Below are positions 13,901 to 22,855 of a DNA stretch of 64,000 nucleotides, one piece after another. Below the pieces are notes generated by a model, which worked only from the letters and a program-made list of their open reading frames with translations, searched no databases and was not told where the DNA came from. Where the stretch lies: positions 1,054,001 through 1,118,000 of the forward strand of contig MU004183.1 in the NCBI GenBank assembly GCA_010093605.1, written 5' to 3'. Numbering within the stretch: the stretch's first letter is position 1; each line of letters starts with the position of its first letter. The position numbers and the translations under genes are program-made. Source of the stretch: Lophium mytilinum (taxonomy: Eukaryota).

Positions 13901-14577
13901 GCGTTCAGCAAGGTTGGCCTCGACTTCTGCAAGGCATTGTTCGGCTCTTCCAGACCCTTCCTGCTGCTCTGAAGAGTAAGTGTTCCTATTCAAGTCTGTT
14001 GGCATGAACAACACTAATATGAAATCTAGACCGAGAAGAAGCCAAGAAGGAAGAAAACTACGACTTTGGGAATGACTACGATGACGAGGAGGAGGAAGAG
14101 TGGGATGGTAACGAAGATCAGTGGAACAACGAGGCCGATGAAACTGAAGATGTCAAAGATGAGAGTGCGGCGTATCTGGAGTTCTTGAACGAAGAGGCAA
14201 GTGGCACCAAACTCGGGGAAGCGTTCAAAGCTAATGATCTCCAGGCCCAGAAGTTCACTGCCGTTAGCGACGAAGATGACGACGAGCTTGAGGAAGAGAG
14301 CTTGCTCGAAACTCCTCTTGACAAAGTAGAGCCATACAGCATGTTCAAGAATGCTCTGATGCGTAAGTGCAAAGCCATCGCCCCTCCCAAGACCTATCAC
14401 TAACTTTTATAACCAGAGCTCCAACAAGAACAGCCAGCGTTGTACGACAATCTCACCAAGAACCTGAACCCTGAAGAACAGCAGGTCGTCCAGGCCGCCG
14501 TCCACCAAGCCGACCTTCTCGCCCAGCAGGCAGTCGCTGCTGAGCAAACAAACGGCGACGCTGTAGCCACGCAATGA
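10985..14577 (+). CDS. NMD5: Importin-beta family karyopherin Nmd5/Sxm1 (importin-7/8-like)
   Basis: IBN_N-like start MDVAGVRDRISATLDPNADIRRQAELDLK, then AVVYLKNRI, WWKSKKWA, FLRARAC, RVHDKKLSI and an acidic C-terminal region. Nine introns: 11075-11129, 11209-11261, 11723-11773, 11959-12012, 13203-13249, 13382-13429, 13976-14029, 14197-14244 (GC-AG), 14363-14416. Confidence 0.92.
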
Positions 14578-15828
14578 GCATAGTGGCTGTTTCGTTGGAT
14601 TGCAATCATAAAAAGCCGAGTGCCAGCTTTTTCAAATAACCTTCTTCCCGCCTTAGTCCAAATATACCACATCATTCTCCCTTTCGAGGGATTCATATTA
14701 CCCCCACCCCTTCTGGAGCCAGCCTGCATGAAAACACCCACACAACCCCGGCGTTTGATGATTTTTTGTCTTTTACACAGGTGGAATGGCGTCAAGAGGG
14801 AAAGCGGTGTCGTTTAGTGAGTTGCGAATTATTTCTCCTTCTCTCTCTTTTTGTGCGTCGTGGCGCATGAAGCTGATTGAGGGAATTTGAAAATATGGGA
14901 GGGAATGATGGGATTGGGGGGCATAGTTGATGAATTGAAGATGGGGTGATTTGAAGAAATGGAGTTGAAGATCAAACGATTACAGAGAGTGGGCGACCAA
15001 AGGGAAAACGGGGGCGGGCGAGGGCGGGCGGCAGTTTAGTCGTGTAGCTAGGATTTTTTCTTTTTCTTTTGAGGCTTCGTCTTTCCCCCGACATCGAGAA
15101 TCATCCGAATCAGTAGACTCCTTACCCTAGCACCTACGTACCCGTTGCATCTTTACTCCGTGGTATGCGGACGTAATTTGAGGAATGGTGGAATCTTGTT
15201 GTTGTTTGTTGCAGCGGTTTTCAGAATGGGTTTGATGATTGAGGTGATAAGTGGTGTGTTTGGGTGAGGTCGGTGAGGGTGTGACGAGTTTTGGGCGGGT
15301 ATATAGTTGTTGGGAGAGATGGATCATGGGCTAAATCAAAGATGAATGGAGTACACTGGTTGGTCCACTACCTACGTGCTCCGGCTCATTGTGTCTCTTT
15401 ACTGTCTACTTCAATGTTGAGGTGGCATGGTTGGGTATTAGGCTAGTCAAAATTACTAGGAGCTCGGCCCAGGTCTTGAGTGAGTAGATCGACATCAGGT
15501 CGGATAATCGCTCGGGGGACTTCAGATAGTGATGAGGTAGTGTATAGAGAGTAGTGCCCGAGCACTAATCTAGAGACTTTCTTTAATTTAATACCTTCAC
15601 TAGAGCAACTCTGGATATCGCACCGCATGTCCCCTTTCAACCATCCCATCGCATCGCACCATCTCATCATAACCGACTATCCCTCCGCTCAATACGCTTC
15701 ACTCATAAACTCCTCCCAACGCTCAGATAATGCACCGCTGATATCCCACAATCAACCTCGCCGGCCCGCAACTTCTATGATACTGGAATCAATCCCATGC
15801 GTCCCCTAACTAATGCTCTACACCCCAT

Positions 15829-17672
15829 CTAACCCACCGCAAGCGCCTTCAACACCCCCTCCTGCCCCCACTTCAGCACCTTGAACTTCGAGATAAAGTC
15901 ATCCCGGTTCACATACCCGCCACAGATGCGCCGCTTCCCCGTGAACGCCGAGCGGCCGTGCATGACGCGCCAGTTATCGAAGACGACGACGCGGCCGGGT
16001 GTGAGCTGGCACCAGTACTCATACTCCGGCGCGGAGATCAAGGCGTGCCATTTCCTGTTGTCGAGACACGCAGGTTAGTTGTTATTCGGAAAACCCAACT
16101 AAAAGTGGGGGGAAGGAGGGAAAGGAAGGGGAGGAAAACATACGCAGCAGCTTCATACCACCCCCCAACCACCTCAAGCGGCAACTCGACCCCCGCGCGA
16201 TCACTCGAGTTCCAGCGCACCTGCAGCAGGCGCCCATCGCGCTCGTCGTGCAGCAGCACGGGGAAGCCGCGGTAGGGCTGGATGCTGATGCCGTCGTTGC
16301 CGCTGGCGTGCGCGTGCACGTTGACGCGGCTGAGCAGCTCGTAGGCCTGCGGGTCCTGGGCCTTGAGGTCGGCGGCGGCGCGGAAGCCGTCGACGAGGAG
16401 CGAGGCGCCGCCGCTGCCGTCTGTGTGCGAGAGCAGGTGGAAGGCTTGCAGGCCGGCTGGGTCGGAGAAGTAGGTCGTGTCTGTGTGTGCGTCTAGTGCG
16501 ATGTTGGTGTAGGCGGTGTCTTTGGAGGCGAGGTCGGAGGTGAAGTCGTAGAAACCGCCGTAGTGGGTGACGCGGATGAAGGAGATGCGCTCGAGGAGCT
16601 GCGAGGTGGCGGAGGGGGTGGCGGGGGTGTTGTCGATGTAGCAGAAGCCGTATTCGCGCTTGGGAGGGGTTAGTGAGGGGTGGAATATAGGGGGTAATAG
16701 GGGGGGTTACGATTTTGGAGAGCCACTCTTTTAGTCCTTCGTCGGAGTTCATCGCGGCTTCGTATTGGACAATTGGGGGGTTGTCGCTGATTGAACTGTA
16801 CCAGAGTGTGGTTCTAGCAAGAGGTTAGCAGGACCCAGTAGCTGTCTCAGAGACGTCTCATACTTTTCGAGGCCTTGACGTATTACACCATTGTTCTTCA
16901 AGGCGGCTTGGGCGAGGAAATCGTCGTTGTAATAGCTCTCATGGCCATCACTCCCTATAGACTGGTTAGTGTGTCTTCTCCATTCAGTACTCTAGAACAC
17001 TTGCAAGAAACTCGAACTCCACTATCGTCTTTCACAGCTGATTTGACAGAGATGTCTCGCGGAATCTAGGCATTCGTTAAAACCATATGATGCAGAGGTT
17101 TTGAGTTAGGGTACCTTGAAAGTGTCGAGAAGTCGCTGCTTGGTAACATCATGCACGCAAGCGCTGCATTGGCAATTATCCCTAATCGAGTGAGTCTTTG
17201 ACAAATTGAAGCGGGGATTTGGCAGACCTCAGCCAAATGTTCGGGCTATGTGGAACATATTGGGTTAGTATAAATACAGCCTTAAGAGCCCGAAGGGAAA
17301 CACTCACATGCCCACGAAGTCATTGACAGTGTCCGAGTACGCTTTGATAGCTGTCCCTTCCACGATCGGAGTCTTGAGAGACGATTCCAGATGCGGAGAA
17401 GCGGGGAAGTGCTGTTTCAACATCAATATAGCATCAAAATGCAAACGGATGTGCAACCTACCGCGGCTGCTGCTGCACGGCTTGTGCTCGAGTCGTGGAT
17501 TACCCGAGTACTCTTGCTAGCGGTAGAGGTTCTTCCTGGATAATTGTGGCGTGGGACTGCACCGCTAGGGACGCGGAGTGATCGCCGGCATGCCTTGGCA
17601 GAAATCAGCAATGATCCGAAGCCAATGCACGTTTCAACAAACCTGGCTGAGCCCCCGAAGAAAGTGAGCCAT
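15829..17672 (-). CDS. Trimethyllysine dioxygenase (Fe/2-oxoglutarate, TauD/BBOX family; carnitine biosynthesis), probably mitochondrial
   Basis: Multi-exon model starts MAHFLRGLSQ/ACRRSLR, an Arg-rich presequence-like stretch. Zn-site motif WLRDNCQCSAC...WSDGHESYY, then YGFCYIDNTP, IRVTHYGGFYDFTSDLASKDTAYT, facial-triad HTDTTYFSDPAGLQAFH, and FDNWRVMHGRSAFTGKRRICGGY. Contains an 18-nt micro-exon (17228-17245) and a GC-AG intron (16955-17004). Confidence 0.9.
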
Positions 17673-18096
17673 GGTGACGCACTAAAGGAGTGGATGGTTG
17701 AGAAGAGATGAGAGGGACGCAAGTTCCAGAGATGAAGTGATGCTCGCTTAGAATCGCTTAACCCGGTATTATGAGGGTCGACTACCAAAGAGCTTGACAT
17801 TCAAAGAAAAGCTAGTCGAAGTGTAGAGATGTTCATCAGGGGCAATCTAGGTCTCCAGAATATAGGAATGAGGAAACATCAACGCCATAGAATTTCGATA
17901 TCTTATCCTAATTTAATTACGATGTAATCGTATAATCTCCACCTAGTGAACTAAAACAGATGTTCATACATTCCATAGACATGTCCTCATAGCTTGAACT
18001 ACGCGGAATTGCTCCGCAAATAGTGGCGTTCTTTACTGTCTGCCCCTCCTCCGCGTTCCGAAGCAAAAATTCACTCACACCACCACATGCAAAATC

Positions 18097-18103
18097 AAAA
18101 AAA
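18097..18103 (-). terminator. RNA polymerase III oligo-dT terminator of tRNA-Arg
   Basis: T7 run on the minus strand (A7 on plus), 12 nt downstream of the tRNA 3' end. Confidence 0.8.
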
Positions 18104-18115
18104 TTGCAGATTCTG

Positions 18116-18187
18116 CGACACCAGAGGGACTCGAACCCTCAGTCTCTACCACCGGAAAGTAGCGCCTTACCATTAGGCCATGGTGCC
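18116..18187 (-). tRNA. tRNA-Arg, anticodon CCG, intronless, 72 nt
   Basis: Minus-strand sequence GGCACCATGGCCTAATGGTAAGGCGCTACTTTCCGGTGGTAGAGACTGAGGGTTCGAGTCCCTCTGGTGTCG. Acceptor stem GGCACCA/TGGTGTC, A box TGGCCTAATGG, anticodon stem CTACT/GGTAG with loop TT-CCG-GT, T arm GAGGG-TTCGAGT-CCCTC. A TATA-like tract lies at 18212-18224. Confidence 0.95.
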
Positions 18188-19014
18188 TATGGAAAGACTG
18201 CAGCCCGATTGTATAATATATATAGGATGGCAGATAATACAGCTTTGACGACTTTCACAGCAGCCGCGGAGATTCTCTAGAACGCGGGAAATAAGCGAGC
18301 GAGCAGCCAAGGCGCATTGAAATGGATCATGTTACGCCTATGAAATGGCTGAAAATATGGGGACTGCTCTTAGCGTTCGCTGTGTTCGGTATCAATGATG
18401 AATACGCCCATGCATAGTGCGAACTCTGGATAAATTATACATTCGAGCAGCAAACGAATCTACTGGGACAAAGCTCTTATATTTAAAGTTTACAGCCTAG
18501 ATAATTATGTCTGCGGCCGAAACCGATCGTAGTGGCGGCTCTTTATCGCTGCCTTTGACATGTCGTCTCGGAGCCAGGGGAAGTGGCGGTGATTTTATTC
18601 CAACCACCCCCTCCTTTAGCGTTCACAAAGAAGCCTATTTCTCTACGGTATAAGGGCCTTGGAGCTGCCTACAAGGTCCTTTAGAAGGCTATCGACGTAT
18701 GGACTCCGCACATTAAAACTGGCGTGCATAAAATGGTGTTTTAGTCCTATTCTCACGGTCTACTTCTAGAGGCTGTTAAACCTTTTAAATCTATGTCAAA
18801 ATTGCACATCCCAATACCGTGAGCAGAGATTACATCGAGAACTCATCAATACTACAGACTTCAGGAAGCCCCTATTATATTATCAACATTGCCAGACGGG
18901 GTCGCATAAGTATCCATTTTCAAGACCTCTAACCAGCTAAGAAACGTAAAGTCGACTATGTAGATATCGAAACCCTGTACCGCTCTCTACGAGACAATCT
19001 TCGCTCCGATTATC

Positions 19015-19045
19015 CTGAAGTCTTTCCATAGGCACCATGGCCTAA
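19015..19045 (+). repeat. Inverted partial copy of the tRNA-Arg(CCG) 5' leader plus first 15 nt
   Basis: 19019-19045 (AGTCTTTCCATAGGCACCATGGCCTAA) is the exact reverse complement of 18173-18199. The match extends to 30/31 over 19015-19045 vs 18173-18203. Confidence 0.93.
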
Positions 19046-20373
19046 AAGTATCTAGTGAATTAGATCTTTCGCTGAGCTGTGAAGGTCGGGAGCCCGACCT
19101 CTTGCTTGCTCAATACGCTGATAAAAAACTCGATATGATACTGCTTGAAGTACTCCAGCTCGTCTGTGCGAATCTGGAAGAAATGTAATATGCCTCACAA
19201 CATAGATTTCATCGGGTATTTGTGGGTAGTATACGCACTTGGTCGCCGCTGAATGAGGTTCTTGCATGGTAGGGAGTCGATCATGGCTGTTTCAAAACCT
19301 GGCCAACCGGCGATGCCTACATTTCTACACTTGTTCTAGAACCTTGATGATAGGCCAGAGTACTCTAAGCGGTGGCAAGAGGCGGCACATATAGCATGAC
19401 CGAATCTCGCTTCTGTCATTGTGGAAGAGAGGAAGGCCGAGGATGAGACTGGGCACTTCTTCCACAGCACAATAAACGGCAGTGATAGTGACATTATACT
19501 ACTTGCCTACTCATGCTAGGAGGGCTTCAACACAGTATCAAAAGTCTAGATGGAATGTAGAAGCTTCGGAGTCGAGTATTAGACGTGCTCCTACTTGAGT
19601 ACGAAGCCACTTTTCCCACCTACCCAGGCGCACGAAACGAGAAGCGAAACGCACAAGTTGTGGGACTGCAGAATGGGTCATTCCACTCCTTACCGCAAGT
19701 TAGATGTGAAGTCTTCTAGGCCCTGTAATAGGGCTTTTCTGTATAGCGGCTGTCAATTACCTTACACCTATAGACGAAATGCAAAACTGAATGGGAAGGT
19801 TTCAAACCTGTAAATCAGGTCTGTAATATTGACGGGAAATTGGAGCTATAACTCATGTAGTGTGCGAAGCTAATAAGCCACTCGAGGCACCTCACGCCCA
19901 TACGTAAACATAAAATAACGTGTAAAGGTTGTTAGGCTGAAAATTAAAACTAAACTTGTCAATTTCTATATATGACTTTAGTATTAGCTCATTAAACGTA
20001 TATTCATAACGCAATTGAGCCGCTACCATGTCCATTATCGGTCGTCACCTTCACGATATCTAGCCTTCCCTTTCTAGGAGTTATACTGATATTCTAATAC
20101 ACTTCTGAAAATTTGTCGATATTCGCAAGGCATTCGTCCAGCTCTATGATGGCTCATTCTGGATTATGGATATTGTTGTTGTCGTTGGAGACCGGTTCTA
20201 TTGAAGGTCGATGGTGACGAACAGAAAGTAGAAGAAGCCGACGACGACACGTGATCTAGACTAGCGTCGGCCTTGGCATGGATCGAAGCTGGGGTTCGTC
20301 AGCGACAGCTGCCTCAACTTAAGCACCCAACTACAAAACAACAGCTCCACCACTCTACAACCTCACCACCAAC

Positions 20374-21833
20374 ATGGCAACTCTCGAAAACCTTGAGGAC
20401 CTCGAGCGCGAGGAGAAGAATGATGCGGAGATGAAGGACGCTGAGTCGGGGGAGAAGCCGGAAGATGTACTGGACGAGGAGATTCTCAACTCCAGCACAC
20501 GAGACATAGTAGCACGGCGGAGATTATTAGAGAATGACACGCGGATCATGAGGAGCGAGTTTCAGCGGCTGTCCCATGAGAAGTCGTCTATGCACGAGAA
20601 GATAAAGGACAATCTAGACAAGATCGAGAACAACAGGTATGCGACGCCGCCTCACAAGCCATGACCATAATTTACCAAGCAGTCATGCTAACTATAACAA
20701 GGCAACTACCATACCTTGTCGGCAACGTCGTTGAGATCCTCGACTTAGATGTCACCGCCGAAGCCGCCGAAGAGGGCGCAAACATCGACCTCGACGCCAC
20801 TCGTGTGGGCAAGTCCGCTGTCATCAAAACCTCAACCCGGCAAACGATCTTCCTTCCTCTTATCGGCCTAGTGGATCATGAGAAGCTCAAGCCTGGCGAT
20901 CTCATCGGTGTGAACAAGGACTCATATCTCGTTCTGGACACATTACCCGCCGAATATGACAGCAGAGTCAAGGCTATGGAGGTCGATGAGAAGCCGACGG
21001 AGAAATACACTGATGTCGGAGGCCTGGACAAACAAATCGAGGAGCTTGTGGAGGCAGTAGTATGGCCGATGAAGGAGGCGGAGAGATTCAAGAAGATCGG
21101 TATCAAGGCGCCTAAAGGTATACGTCCTTTGGAATGAAGTTTGCGTACACTGGAACTTCACTAACTCCGAATCATAGGTGCTCTAATGTACGGACCACCC
21201 GGTACTGGCAAAACTCTCCTGGCCCGAGCCTGCGCCGCGCAAACCGATGCTACCTTCCTCAAACTCGCCGGTCCTCAGCTCGTACAGATGTTCATCGGTG
21301 ATGGCGCTAAGTTAGTCCGAGATTGCTTCGCTCTGGCGAAAGAAAAGGCACCTTCTATCATCTTTATTGACGAACTTGACGCTGTTGGCACAAAACGTTT
21401 CGACTCCGAAAAGTCGGGTGACAGAGAAGTGCAGCGAACTATGTTAGAATTGCTCAACCAGCTGGATGGTTTCGCATCGGATGATCGGGTCAAGGTTCTC
21501 GCCGCTACCAATCGCGTGGACGTATTGGATCCTGCTCTTCTACGTTCTGGTCGTTTGGACAGAAAGATCGAATTCCCCCTGCCAAACGAGGAAGCCCGTG
21601 CTCAGATCCTTCGAATCCACTCCCGCAAGATGACGGTTGACGAGGGTGTGAACTGGCCGGAACTTGCGCGCAGTACAGATGAATTCGGTGGTGCACAGCT
21701 GAAGGCTGTCTGTGTGGAAGCCGGTATGATTGCATTGAGGTCTGCTCAGCAGAAGATCAGTCACGAGCATTACGTGGATGCTATTTCGGAAGTCCAGGCC
21801 AAGAAGAAGGACACCGTGAACTTCTATGCATAG
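20374..21833 (+). CDS. RPT5: 26S proteasome AAA-ATPase regulatory subunit Rpt5 (6A/TBP-1)
   Basis: Motifs [96 protein letters not shown], and the C-terminal HbYX motif NFYA. Two introns (~20637-20701, ~21118-21177). Confidence 0.97.
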
Positions 21834-22855
21834 AGAGCTTTGGGTGTCTGCTTCTGTAGCGTGGAGCAAGCGGGTCATGGTTGGAGTTCAAGGGCACCCA
21901 TGCCGCAGACTATAGCGGTTGTACTGATATTCGATAGATAAGTACCAAGAATCAAAACCATAGCTGGCCAGTCATCACCCGCAGTTAATTACCCAGCTTT
22001 TAGCGACGTACAACAAGTGTTCGCCAGGATTTCGAGCGGGACAAGCACCTTCCTTTGGTGACGCCTCGTTATCGAACTAGCAATTGCTAACACAAACTGC
22101 CGGTGTCCCTCCCGTACTGTCTGTCTTACCTGGCCGAGGAACGAGTATCTACCAAAGCGTACTGACAAGCGCTGTTGAAAGTTTCTGACTTGGCGCCCTG
22201 ACCTGAGTCTATTCGAAAAATGGAATTTCCCTGATACCCCAACAAGGTTCACTTACACCATTCCCGCCGCACCTTATCTTGACACGGGAGCAGATCTGAT
22301 GGTATACTAGGCAGGGCTAGACGGCAACACAAATCATTCGCGCTTCACCCACGGGAAATTTAGGCGTCTGTGATTGGCTCGCCCCAACGTCGCGCTCTAC
22401 CTTCACACTAAGAGACGTTGCGCACGGGGAACGGCTTTATGCTTCTATAGGCTCACAGACACCTTCCAACCCCCACAATTAAACGAAGCTTTCTAGACTT
22501 CTAGTCTCGTCCTTTGCCCTGCAAAACATAGCCGCTGATAGCGGTTCGGAGCAGCGATCGACGACTTGTCCAACCACAACTGCCCCTCAACGTTGACCAC
22601 GAGCATTGTAAAGAAACACAGGTCCGTTTCGGGTTGCCATGTGTTCAATTTAACTGGCTGTCATGCTTCAACTTGGGCCCATTGGATCTTCGGCGTTTCC
22701 TGTTGGCAACATCACCATCATGTGGATGAATATCGTGCACCCGACATCGGATTACTTCGGTATATCATGTTATAACAGCAGACTCAGTGTCCCGCTCTTT
22801 TCTAGGTCCCTTCGCGCTCTAATTTTCATAGCCTTTACTCATCTTTGTCGCAATA

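Noticed and set aside
14620..14960. Long hairpin in the NMD5 3'UTR (C/T-rich block followed by a G/A-rich block)
   Set aside because: The short complementary words are not in nested order, and base composition explains them.
17423..17800. ATG at 17800 as the start of the dioxygenase
   Set aside because: The ATG at 17672 has good context (CACCATGG), follows a CT-rich leader and splices in frame to give a presequence-like N-terminus.
19019..19045. tRNA fragment as an LTR-retrotransposon primer-binding site or an integrase att-type direct repeat
   Set aside because: It matches the tRNA 5' end plus leader rather than the 3' CCA end, it is inverted rather than direct, and no LTR, integrase or recombinase is visible.
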